Of a stretch of DNA of 47,622 bases, positions 14,560-26,700 are shown in pieces (the stretch's first letter is position 1; each line of letters begins with the position of its first letter). Under the pieces are notes generated by a model. The model worked only from the letters and a program-made list of their open reading frames with translations. It made no database searches and was not told where the DNA came from. The DNA is from Tubiluchus corallicola. Taxonomy: Eukaryota > Animalia > Priapulida. The position numbers and the translations under genes are program-made. The DNA lies in NCBI GenBank assembly GCA_030141605.1, contig JAQGDQ010001318.1:1-47622 (forward strand), written 5' to 3'.

Positions 14560-15382
14560 GTAAACAACCTAATGCCAGCTTTCGGAAATACTATATTGAA
14601 TGTTTCATTAAAAATAAACAACTAAATATACGAAACCGTAATAGTAAACAAAAAACAAACAAACAATAAATACGGTGACAAATCGCTTTGGAAAGCTCTG
14701 GTAATTTACTGGCACACGCCTCCGCTTCAAGTAAAATCTGCTAACAGCCAAAACTGTTTAAAGTGCAGTAACAGATGATATATTAACTTGCAAAATCAAC
14801 CTTCATAAATTAAGGCAAATAAAAAACTATATAATTGTAACTTGGCAGCTTTCGTGCATTAAAATAAAACATGTTTTCATACTAGTAAAAAAAACTTCCT
14901 CAATCCTCATTCGTCAACAATATGTTTACACGAAGTCCTGAGATGTTCATTTAAATTTAGACAAAATTAGATAATAACGTTCTTATATTATAATCATCAC
15001 TATAGATTATATGATGTAAACAGCTGTAACATTTTTAAAGCAAAGCCGGACCCAATCTAAAGCTGTAGGTCAAAACAATCTACTCATTAAAGTATTGAAA
15101 GGAAACATACTGTTTTTTTCTCAAAAATGACTTATCACAGAGAAAATTATTACCACACAAAAACAAAATTTCACGTTGACGCCACTAGCTCTTCGTTGTC
15201 ACATGCATTTCACCATTCGCTAGTTAGACGGGCACTAGTGCCTCCATTTCGGAAAAGCATTGCATAAAAAAACAGGTGCTGTACCACTCAGTTCAGATGC
15301 ATTAGTTTGTGACGAACTTCACACGTTTGACAGCTCATGCGTGAGCACAGCAGTAAATTTGAAATTTAAATTTTTATTTTAA
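12890..15382 (+). repeat. ~1.1-kb tandem segmental duplication: MITE fragment - X - MITE fragment - X - MITE fragment; X contains (TAT)n/(AAT)n tracts
   Basis: 13099-13928 and 14160-15035 are near-identical apart from microsatellite length; three left-end fragments of the Kolobok-like element mark the junctions. Confidence 0.85.
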
Positions 15383-15384
15383 AA

Positions 15385-15649
15385 CATACATACATACATA
15401 CATACATACATACATACATACATACATACATACATACATACATACATACATACATACATACATACATACATACATACATACATACATACACACATACATA
15501 GATGGTTGGATAGATAGATAGATGATAGATGGATGGATGGATGTATGGATGGATGGATGGATGGATGGATGGATGGATGGATGGATGGACGGACGGACGG
15601 ACGGACGGACGGACGGACGGACGGGACGGACGGGACGGACGGACGGACG

Positions 15650-15707
<58 letters not shown>

Positions 15708-15722
15708 TAGATAGATAGATAG
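15385..15722. repeat. Compound tetranucleotide microsatellite (CATA)n-(GATA)-(GGAT)n-(GGAC)n-(AGAC)n-(AGAT)n
   Basis: Direct reading. Confidence 0.95.
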
Positions 15723-17469
15723 GAAGATATGTATTCATACAGTATATACTCAAATGCTCATATATTCATATAATATCATACTTATTGTTCGATTAAATTC
15801 AATAACACTCTTTTACGTATAGATCATCTTTAGCCCTCAGATTTTTTTATCATGCTCAGTAACACTGCTACTAAAAACAGTTAAATCTTTTATCTGGAGG
15901 GGCGAATGTCTATTTTCAATATGTACCATTCAGATGTTGCAATAAACAGTGTTATTATTGTAAAATATTGTAGACATTGTACTTAAAATGTGTTATTATT
16001 ATTATAAACGAGAACCAATAATAGGAATGAAGGTGCTAAAAAAACGTGTAACTTCATTTTCGACTATTTTTAAAACAATCATTTCTTCAGTCTCTGCAGT
16101 CAATTCTGTAGTGCTAAAATAATGAATATGCGACACACGATAAAGGTGACAGAGTCCACACCCTGTCAACCTAAATGATGAATAGGTACGAAAAGCTAAT
16201 AATGGCAACGAGTCCAAACTAATTATACTCTTACTTCGTACAATTTTTATAACTCTGGCTTGGGTCAGCGTAGGTAATTGACTGGTACTCTTTGTGTGGT
16301 GCAACGTGAATTTATGCAGATAATGTAACCAGCGACAATTATCCCGTCGTCTCGTTGAAATCGTTCTTTGCAGTGCGATAATTAAGCCATTTAACAGTAT
16401 AAGGGCGCGTTCACACCAACCAGTTTTCTGTCGCAAGATTTTTTAAGTTTGCATTTTGTGAGAACACGAATTTTTTTACGATAAATGTGCTGGGACGATC
16501 ATGGTATATATAACACATTGCTGTTCATTTGAAATATTTACTATAATAAGTTGGTTTGATAAACATGAAAATATTATGGGCCTATAAGAATAATCTATAA
16601 TAATCTTTTTTATTTATCTTGCAACACACGCACAGTTATAATACACTTAATTTGGAAACAAAAAATGTGAAGAACGGGCAGCGAAAGACCACTTGGTCAT
16701 CTAGTCAGCTGCCCTTTGGTTAGTCATAAACATTTTTATAAGCGCTATGCTACAGTGCATTAGTGTTGTACTGCTTATAACAAAGATTTAATTGTTATGA
16801 ATGACATTAAATTGATATGCTTATGACGTGTTAATACAATTCATACACAGTAATAATAAGTGCATAATAAAAAAAATCAAACAAGAACTGAAAATAAACA
16901 TCTGACAACGGAAACATAAGAACAACGGCAACTGAAATATACTTCATAATACAAGCATAATTCTTAGACAGTTAAAATAAATTATCATGTAAATAATAGA
17001 ACTGAGAATCAGGTTTATCTATATATTGGTATATTGAAGTATATTAAATTTGGCGTTAATTTTCATGCACAGGCATACAGAAGTTATAATTTACATAACA
17101 AAAAGCGGTTCATGCGGGAAAAACAACCGAAATAAAAAAAATACATAGTAAGCAACATTGCAAGTTGTGTGTTATAGTCAGTCGTGCATAAGCAAGCGAA
17201 TGTATAAGCAAGCGAACCTATCCGATTTTAACTTCGAGAGCTAACAATGAGATATTTCAGAATTGGCTAATGTATCGAGACAGCCTAAAATCGAGCACGG
17301 AAAACTACTTGCGGAGAGCCCCGAGCTGAAATTTATACAATCTAAAAACGATGGTTAGTAGAATAATATTGAAATGAAGTTAATAATTTATAGCATTTTT
17401 AAACTATCTGACATAATGTAATTATCACAGAACTAAAATGTGATTGAAAAATTTCTAGATTTTATTTAA

Positions 17470-18078
17470 AGGAAGACAGGATGATTTTTCATATACCACC
17501 CCATTTTCAAGTCCGATAAAAAGCATACATTTTAACATGGTTAATACTGGAAAACCGCTGCTGATAATTAAATAATAGATTAAAAACTTAATTAACGGCA
17601 GGTGAGCCCAACTATTGATAACATCATCAACTAACATCATTTTCCACAGCAAAAATATTCCACGAGCGTGTTGCACGTGTTTGCGAAAGTGAAAATTGAA
17701 GTACAGTGCTACTGTAAGATATTCAGTGTGTTGTACTAAAACTAGGCAAGTTCTAAGATAAAAATTCACTCTTCAAATTTACTGTTGTACTCACGCATGA
17801 GATGTTGAACATGTGTAGTTCGTCACGAACCAACACATCTAAACCGAGAGGCACAGCACCATTTTTATGCAATGCGTTTCTGAAATGCGTTTAACTAGCG
17901 AATGGCGAAATGCAGGTAACAGTGAAAAACTAGTGACAAAAAACGTGAAATTGTGTTTGTGTGGTAATAATTCTTTCACGTAAGTCATTTTTGAAAAAAT
18001 AATATGTTTAATTTCTATATTTTAAAGAGTAGATTGTTTTGACCTACACTACAGTTTAAGATTGAATCCAGTTTTGCT
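17470..18078 (-). mobile_element. Full-length inverted copy of the TTAA/Kolobok-like element
   Basis: TTAA-AGGAAGACAGGATG...CCAGTTTTGCT; collinear with 69-671. Confidence 0.75.
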
Positions 18079-18785
18079 TTTACGGCTTTCCAGATACCGT
18101 ATTCCATAGAATTAAGTCCCATTTTTATTAGCAACAATCTTTATCAGCATTTCACTTTGACCATGATGTAGACTGGTTGTTTTCTTTATTGTTTTGCTGC
18201 CATCTATTGAGTGTTTTATACGTCAAAATATTCTCAGTTGACGATTGTAGCGAACATTGAAGTTTTAACATGTGCAATACAAGCAAGGAGTTTTTAGCCA
18301 AAAATTAAAACCCACTAATTGTAAACATGCAGCGTTCACATATAAAAGTTAATCTATTACAATATCAGGCTGTGAAAATTTCAACTTTGTAAGGCATTTG
18401 CTTCTAATATTATTGTCGTCTAAACGTCGGTAATTTTTTCTGTGCCATCCGGTATCTGATGTATTCGACGTCATTTTTTGTAGAGAATTTGATAAATTTT
18501 GATTCGAATGGTCTATAATTTGCCTTTCTTTCAGACAGGAGTAGTATGGCTGTATTACTTGTACGTTTCAACTAATGGTAAAAAGAAGCCATTTTTTTTA
18601 CACTTGACTTAAATGAACAACTAATCCTCGAACAACATTTATTGCATTTTAATGTACAATTAAAAATATTCAAATCACAATACAAAATATGCGCATAGAA
18701 TGCTTTGCTTAAAAATGTAAAAGAAATTTAAATATTTTTTATCTCCCGCCAAACAAATGTTGATGCCGGTATATTTCAAGAAAAA

Positions 18786-19033
18786 TGACGTAATCTGGTG
18801 TCTGCTGGGCAGCGTGAATGCCGTGAAGGCAAGGTTGATGAAGGTACGCGATGAGAAATTTCTACAGTTTGCTTAGAAATTCTGTTATTCTAGCGTTGTA
18901 TTTAACTGTGACGTAATCTGGTGTCTGCTGGGCAGCGTGAATGCCGTGAAGGCAAGCTGTGTGAAGGTACGCGATGAGAAATTTCTACAGTTTGCTTAGA
19001 AGTTCTGCTATTCTAATGTTGTGTTTAACTGTG
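18786..19033. repeat. ~123-bp tandem duplication (2 copies)
   Basis: TGACGTAATCTGGTGTCTGCTGGGCAGCGTGAATGCCGTGAAGGC occurs at about 18786 and 18909. Confidence 0.85.
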
Positions 19034-19717
19034 TTTATCTAGAAATTAGTCATTCGATCAATTATGATCAAATTTAAGGTGATTACATTGCTTTAATATA
19101 CAGGTTTACACCTTAAAATATGTAAGTAATTATCATTAATTACGTAAATAATTAATTTACAGATTTTTGTTGACTTTCAGATACGCATGTAAACTTGCCA
19201 GCGCGTAGTAGGTACCGGGTGGGTTACTTAGTTTATAGAGTTCGCTCTATAAGTTAAAAAAAGATTTTGAATTAGCTGGCGGGATAGTGTTTATTTTGCA
19301 CGGAAACTGGATGACGCCATTTTTCGTTTAAAATAGCCGCGCCCAGGCAAAAGTAATCACGACTTTAAATTGATTTTACTAATTACACGAGATACTTACC
19401 ACATTTTTATTGCTGAAACTTTCTAACATTTTTCCCAAATATTAAAGTAAGCTCAACTTCCCGAGAGACATGGCTTTTGCTTTAAGCGAGAAAAGTGAAC
19501 ACAAAGAAATCGAGCATACTACTAAGAGGGCACCAAAAACAACACAGCCACTCCTGAACAACAAATTTATACAGTTTGCTAATTGGTTAGAAAGGCATTT
19601 GTTATCGAGTTACCTGCCTAGTAGATGACTGTCCTTGACAAGCTGCAAATGGAAAATTTTAAAATTGCATCGCAAAAAAATGCGCAAACATCGAAAAATT
19701 CATATTACAATTAATAC

Positions 19718-19723
19718 TTTATT
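19718..19723 (-). promoter_or_regulatory. Candidate KDM3 polyadenylation signal AATAAA (alternative at 18638-18643)
   Basis: TTTATT on the + strand about 840 nt past the stop codon; motif only. Confidence 0.3.
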
Positions 19724-20160
19724 GTAAAAATTATTTACACATACAAAGGGTTTTGGCGCTTTTTACAAAGCAGCAAAAAGACTGACTATTTGAACAACAA
19801 GCAAACGAAAACTATTAAATATTAATGCTATTATTACTGTTATTATTATATGCACAAGTTTTCTCTAAGAAACAGAAGACAAAACAACATCATTAATCCT
19901 ACAAAAAACGAATTAAAACATATAGCTGGTGTAATTGATCATTAATTACTGAACATTTGGTACCAAACTTGACCAGAAAAATGGACCCGAGGAGGAGTTG
20001 AACCTGTAGCCTTCGGGATACAATCACTAGACTTCACAGTCCCTTCTGATTCTTGCAAATTTCTTCAATTGTACAAGGTCATGAATAAATCACCATCATT
20101 GAGATTGAACAAAGGCGCAGGGGGCAGTGTAGTCCAGGAGGTACCGTAGTCCAGTGTCCA

Positions 20161-20345
20161 GGGACAGTGTAGGCCAGTCATCTCGGCACTTGACTTGTCA
20201 TCCAAAAGTATCTGGTTCAAGTCCAGATTAGTACAAATTTTCACGTTTCCTTCTTTACAGCAAAGTTTAGTGTTAAAGCTTCAACTGTTGAGGGTTCAGT
20301 GACCTCAGCCCATTGGTGATTGAGTAAGGCTATAAATATACATAT
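20161..20345 (+). mobile_element. Possible decayed tRNA-derived SINE in the KDM3 3' region
   Basis: A-box-like GTGTAGGCCAGTC and B-box GGTTCAAGTCC; an opposite-strand B-box-like GGTTCAACTCC lies near 20000. Confidence 0.35.
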
Positions 20346-20561
20346 TTATAAAAAACTATCTTTAACTAACTAAACTACAGCAGGTACATTACGTATGAAA
20401 GCTTTCTAGCTACAATACAGCAATATACAAGCAAACAGAATAGAGTAATTATATGTATCTACAAAAGATTTTCCATAATTGACATGATGCAACAAAATAC
20501 GATTAAAAAGAATCTGTCGTCGTGGCAACTACTGTGAAAACTACGGATGCGTAATGCCGTT

Positions 20562-20636
20562 TCAGCTCGGTTCGGATTTTGTTTTCAACAGAACGGCAAT
20601 GGCATCTTTGACTGAGTGGAAAATTATGTTCTTGAT
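20562..20636 (-). CDS. KDM3: KDM3 terminal coding exon ([24 protein letters not shown])
   Basis: tatttttcag acceptor; matches the KDM3 C-terminal KN.I.H.VKDA helix; TGA at 20562-20564. Confidence 0.94.
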   Translation of the reverse strand: MKNIIFHSVKDAIAVLLKTKSEPS

Positions 20637-20741
20637 CTGAAAAATACGAAAAAAATCAATACGTCATTTTCACGATTCAAACAGCCTAACACACAGAAAC
20701 ATAACATGCAGAAATGCTCTCCCCCCTCTCTCTCTCCCTTC

Positions 20742-20777
<36 letters not shown>

Positions 20778-23700
20778 TCTCTCCTTTGCTCCCACCCTCC
20801 CTTCCACCCTCACATCTCTCTCCAACTTCTGTCTCACCGTTTGTCCCTCTCCTTCTCTCCCTCTCTCTTTCCCCCAATCACACTCTCTTTTTCTCACATC
20901 TCTTTCCAACTTCTCTCTCACTGTTTGTCCCTCTCCTTCTCCCCTCTCTCTTTCCGCCAGTCACACTCTTTTCCTCACATCTCTCTCCAACTTCTCTCTC
21001 ACTGTTTTTCTCTCTCCTCCCCCTCTCTCTTTCCCCCAGTCACACTCTTTTTCCTCACATCTCTCTCCAACGTCTCTCTCACTTCTTTCCACACCGTGAC
21101 TAGAAGACGCGTAACTTGGGCAGCTAGGTATTGAACAAACGTAAGATGTAGTTGCAAGCTCAAGCATAGCAGATTCTCTAAAGTTAAACAAACGACGATC
21201 GATTTCAAAAGATCACATTCTCAGTCGCAAGATACCCTTTAACCATTTACCAAAGGTCGTCTTAATTTCATCATTATGTACGTTGCTTGTGTGATTGTTA
21301 GGCACAGGTGCCCGCAGTGAGCGAATGAAAAGTTTTATTAATATTTCAATTACTTCATAGAACTAGCAAGGCTTATGAAAGTTACTTGATTGATGGGACT
21401 CATGCAAATTTTAGTGAACAATCACAAGTTATTGTGAAATCATTTCAAAAAGATCACGAACAAGAGAACTGTGATCATCTCGAACTTGAAACGTTTTGAT
21501 CAGGCTTTTTTTTCTGGATTCTAGTTGAGCGATAAGTTCTAACAAAAGTGGAACTGGATCACAAATCAAAATGGGAAGGTAAAAAAATAAAGAAATGAAA
21601 AGCAGACAAACAAGGGAAAGAGAGAGAGAAAGAGAGAGTGGGGAGGGTGAGAGAGAGAGAGAAGGGAAAAGAGAGGGAGGAGGGAGAAAGAGTGAGAGGG
21701 GGAAGAGATAAAGGGAGAAAAAGAGAGAGAGAAGAGAGAGAGACAGGGGGAAACAGACAGAAAGAGGGGGAGAGAGAGAGAGAGAGGCAGGCAGGCAAAC
21801 AGACAGACAGACAGACAGAGAGAGAGAGAGAGAGCCCCAGAAGAGTACTTGTTCACAAAAAGATAAACTAACGGACGGCGTGTACCAATTCACGTGAAAA
21901 TACAAACCTGCAGCTTATCTTCGTGGTTTGAGTGAGAGTCGGAGAGATCTCGGAATTCTTGCGTCATCCTGAAGCAATGACCAATACCTTCTGGCGACAC
22001 GAAGTCTTCCGCCACTTTTATACAGCTGTGAAGATTTCTCACCTGAGAAGAGTAAGCAAGTGTCAAGATTCTGTAGAGGAAAATGTACTTAAACTCTCGC
22101 TTGTATCGTAACAAATTTCAACTTCTCGGGTTTTGTAATATGTAAGAGCATGTGTAGATTCTTAATTATTTACAATTATTTAATTACTTACTAATTAATT
22201 ATTTTGTAAATTGATGGATTTGATAGAATTGATAGAATCTTTATTTATGTTATTTCTTTTTAATAAATCTAAGAACGGAACTCAAGATACATATACATCC
22301 ATTAAAAATACATCGGTAACGTACAGCGAGTAAAATTGCCAGTGGCGGCTCGTGTCTAGGTACTGTGGAACTGCAGCGCCCCCTATTTTCACTCAAAATT
22401 ATTGATAATATTTAAGATGATAATTGTATTTCTTTAGTTCTTTATATTTGTACGGAACCCACGTGTACAGGTACTGTGGAACTGCAGCACCCCTATTTTC
22501 ACTCAATATTATTGATAATATTTAATATAATAATTGTATTTCTTTAGTTCTTTCTTATTACACTTGTATGGAACCAGAACACGTGAGGATAGTACAGTGC
22601 TTCACAGCCCAGGCAATGTGGTGTTTGGCTGTTGTGCGCATGTGGCCATGCACGTCTGAACCCAGGTAGAGAAAGTACTGTCACTCACACAGTTTGTTGT
22701 CAGTTGTTACGTGCTTACAGTGAATGGATCAAGCTTGAACTGCGACAATTTAGGCTATTAGTATGCAAAAATATTTTTTGTTTAGGATTTTATCAAGTTT
22801 ATGTAGAAACTTTCGTATGCTTGTTTGTTTAAAATTACGATTACAAATTACAACATTAAAATTATATGTGTGTTTGGTTTTACGCTGGATAGAAATTTTC
22901 TGAAGCAGCACTCCTAGTAATTTTATCTACGAACTTCCACCCTCACCTTCAATGAAGCCATTAACTCACCTGGTCAGGAACGCCAGCAAATACGATAGCT
23001 ACATACCCTCACCTTCAATGAAGCCATTAACTCACCTGGTCAGGAACGCCAGCAAATACGATAGCTATGTACCCTCACGTTCAATGAAGCCATTAACTCA
23101 CCTGGTCAGGAACGCCAGCAAATACGATAGCTACATACCCTCACCTTCAATGAAGCCATTAACTCACCTGGTCAGGAACGCCAGCAAATACGATAGCTAC
23201 ATACCCTCACGTTCAATGAAGCCATCAACTCACCTGGTCAGGAACGCCAGCAAATACGATAGCTACATACCCTCACGTTCAATGAAGCCATTAACTCACC
23301 TGGTCAGGAATGCCAACAAATATGATACCGACATACACTTACCTTCAATGAAGCCATTAACTCACCTGGTGAGGAATCCCAACAAAGATGATACCTACAT
23401 ATCCTTACCTTCAATGAAGCCATTAACTCACCTGGTCACGAACGCCAGCAAATATGATACCGACATACACTTACCTTCAATGAAGCCATTAACTCACCTG
23501 GTGAGGAATCCCAACAAATATGATAGCTACATATCCTTACTTTTAACGAAGCCATCATCTTACCAGTGAGGTGCACCTCCAGGTATAATACTTACAGACC
23601 TTTAAAGCCATTAACTCACCTGGTGAGGAGCACCAGCAGGTATGAACACGCAGTCACCAAGGAACTGGACAATGCAGTAACCAGCTACCTGGTACTCATC

Positions 23701-26700
23701 ATACAGCCGCTTCCTCAGGTAAGCGTCCAGGTACCATGACTGGTCGTGAATGTAGTCGCTGTGGACTTCGTCCTTCTCACCTCGCTCGTTAGCCACCTGA
23801 GAAAAAAGAGAAACATCGTTATCTTTGTCATCATATTTTAATAGTACGACAGGCCTTGAATAACCGATTAATCAAGGTGCATGTTAAACAACCATAGTTT
23901 AGCAACACCAGGTGCACTTGGCAAATGGATGAATGACTACTGAGAAAGCTGAGTCTAAGCAGTTTCATTGGCTATACTGCTTACAGCTACTTATCAGTTT
24001 GACGTAAGAATGGAAAAGGACTCAAATGCCCGAAAGAGCAAAAAATCAGTAAGAAACCACTAAGCTGTTCACGGTGGCCAATCAACTAGGTTATTTTTAA
24101 ACAATTTTTGCAGAAATAATTTACCGCACACACTGAACATGCCGTGAAAATTACAAGTTATATGCTTATTAAAATACGCGAAAAAAGCTTAATAATCATA
24201 AGAAACTGGAATATGTCTTTCAATCTGTCAGATGGATGAAAATTTAGAAACATCAGTATTTTGTAATTTTTATGAAAACAAATATTTGAATGAATGTATT
24301 TTTCACACATTCGCAACGATTCCTGAATTTGAGCAAAACGACGTGTCGAGGAAATAGGGATATTGCACCACGATCACATGTTTAACTAGTTTGTTATCTC
24401 GCAAAATGTTCCAAGGCGCGTTCAGACGAGAGTTTTCTCGGTAAGTTAACTCGTCAAGTAACTCAACAAGTAATTTGCAAGATAGCAAAACTGTAAGTAA
24501 ACTCTCCAGCCGTAAGCAGAAGCTGACACTCCCTTCTCTGTTCACTGCGAGAAGTATCGAGAGTAACTAGCAGAGGTGTTCGCAGTAGACAGTTACTCCA
24601 GTTACTCTCCAACAGTAAGAGCAAGCCGACACTCCCTTCTCGATTCGCTGCGATAAGTATCGAGAGTAACTAGCCGAGGCATTCACACAAGACAGTTACT
24701 CAAGTTACTCTCCCACAGTAACAACAAGCTGACACTCCCTTCTCGATTCGCTACGAGAAGTATCGAAAGTAACTCTCCGAAGGAGCTCTCACTAGACAGT
24801 AACTCGCTGCAAATGTCAGAGAGTTTGCAACTGCATGCCATCAGTAACTCGCAAAGCAGTTCAAACTTTTGTGTTTGCCATCAGAGAGAAAACGCGCAAC
24901 AGAAAAGTCGCTAGTGTGAACAAGCCATTAGTGAAGATCACCTTATCAACTAAATATGCTAGTGTGAACAAGCCATTAGTGACGATCACCTTACCAACTA
25001 AATACAGTCGATTCAACATCTACCATTAGCTCAAATCATCCTCATATATAAGATGTTATTTCACGACGTAAACGCAACACAACATGACACCTGGTGGCAA
25101 AAAAACAAACAATTTATGCAGAAACCTTTTTGAGAAGACTTCGTATTTTGTCCGCATCTTCCGGTGCGTAGATGTGCCACAGGGCGCCCGGGACTTCGTT
25201 CGGATCCTGCAGCCTGGCTTTGGTTTGCACGTCTGCCCCTGACTCTTCAATTGCGAGTATGGCTTCTGTAAAACATGATAAAAATCAATTAAAAATCAAT
25301 AAATCAATAAACACTTATAAGCATTTCTTACAAACACTTGCTTTTGCACAGAGAAATAGACGAAAGTTGTGGCGTATAGTAAATGTGTGGGTGACCACTG
25401 AGTTCAAGATGCACATTAAGTTTGGCCGCCAAGTTTCGGTCCTGCCACAACCGTTCAGTACTATCAGCAGACATTGCCGTTGTGTTGGATGTGATTTGGA
25501 ATAAGCTGAACTGTACAAAAAAAATCAAGAACAACAAAAAACTGAATTACATAAATGACAATTCTAAGAACAATATAAATTATAGACCGGTACACAACCG
25601 TTTGTTGGGGGGGGGGTATTTAAACCGCAAGTAACAGCACAGAAGAACTTACTGCATCAAAGTATTGCTGAAACAAGATGGAAGCCATCACGGCTTTTAA
25701 ATTTTGTAAGAAAGTCTCACACAGCCTGGAGTCTTGAGTGGTATGATTAAAGCAGCGGCCTGAAAACTGTGGGATTAATTTTTCCAATCAAACTGAACTG
25801 CCTGGAAATTTACAGGACCTCAAACCCGCACCTGGATAGAAGTTTATCCTGGAAGACTGGGTGGATGCTAAGATGATAAAAACGTTCATTACACACACAC
25901 ATCTCGGTTTGCCGGACCTCATTTTTAAGGATGATGCAAGTATCGAACAAAGTCTGAACCGTTAAAAGTCCTGCATACTACAGGACAGTCCGTTGTTTCG
26001 CTAGCTGACCACTAGTTGGCGGGTCGTCACTTTGTTTACATCATTACATCAGCGCAACCAAGCAGCGTGTAACGACATCAGTGTAGCTTGTATGTCAGGA
26101 GCAGCCCGTACTAGACGTTTTTGAGACAATCAGACGACTGATTCTACATTACCGTAGTCTAGTGCACGGCGCGTACTGTATTAACTTAGTATCAGTAAAT
26201 ACGGACAAATGACAGAATCAGACCCACGTCTCCCCGCTTTTGCAAACAGAGACACGATGCATCTAATTGATCAGTATACAACAGATGTGAGGCATCTACA
26301 AGGTGTACTAGATCTTGTGTTCTTGCAGTCATTGGTGAAACCATAACACTCAAGATTGCAAGCTGTAGAGACGTTTCGATGATGCTCTAGTACTTCAGTA
26401 TCAGTGGTTGCTCAAGTATAAGTACCGAGGAACTGCAGCACCCCCTATTTTCACTCGATATTATCGATCATATTTAATATAATGAGTCTTTTTTCTTTAG
26501 TTCTTTCTTTATACTTGTACGGAACCAGAGCACGTGATGGTAGTACTGTTTGCAGGTCAGCACAGTGCACTCCAGCAATGCGGTGTTTTGCTGTTGGGCA
26601 CATTCGGTCATGTGCACGTCTGAGAGCAGGTAGAGAAAGTACTGTCGCTCACACAGTTTCACACAGTGTCAGTTGTCACGTGCTTACCGTGAACGGATAG

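Noticed and set aside
21890-21907. KDM3 ending by read-through as KLQVCIFT*
   Set aside because: A proper conserved terminal exon ([13 protein letters not shown]) exists at 20562-20636.
22952-23569. 205-aa + strand ORF ([16 protein letters not shown]..)n
   Set aside because: Translation of the 66-bp intronic array, antisense to KDM3; no independent coding evidence.
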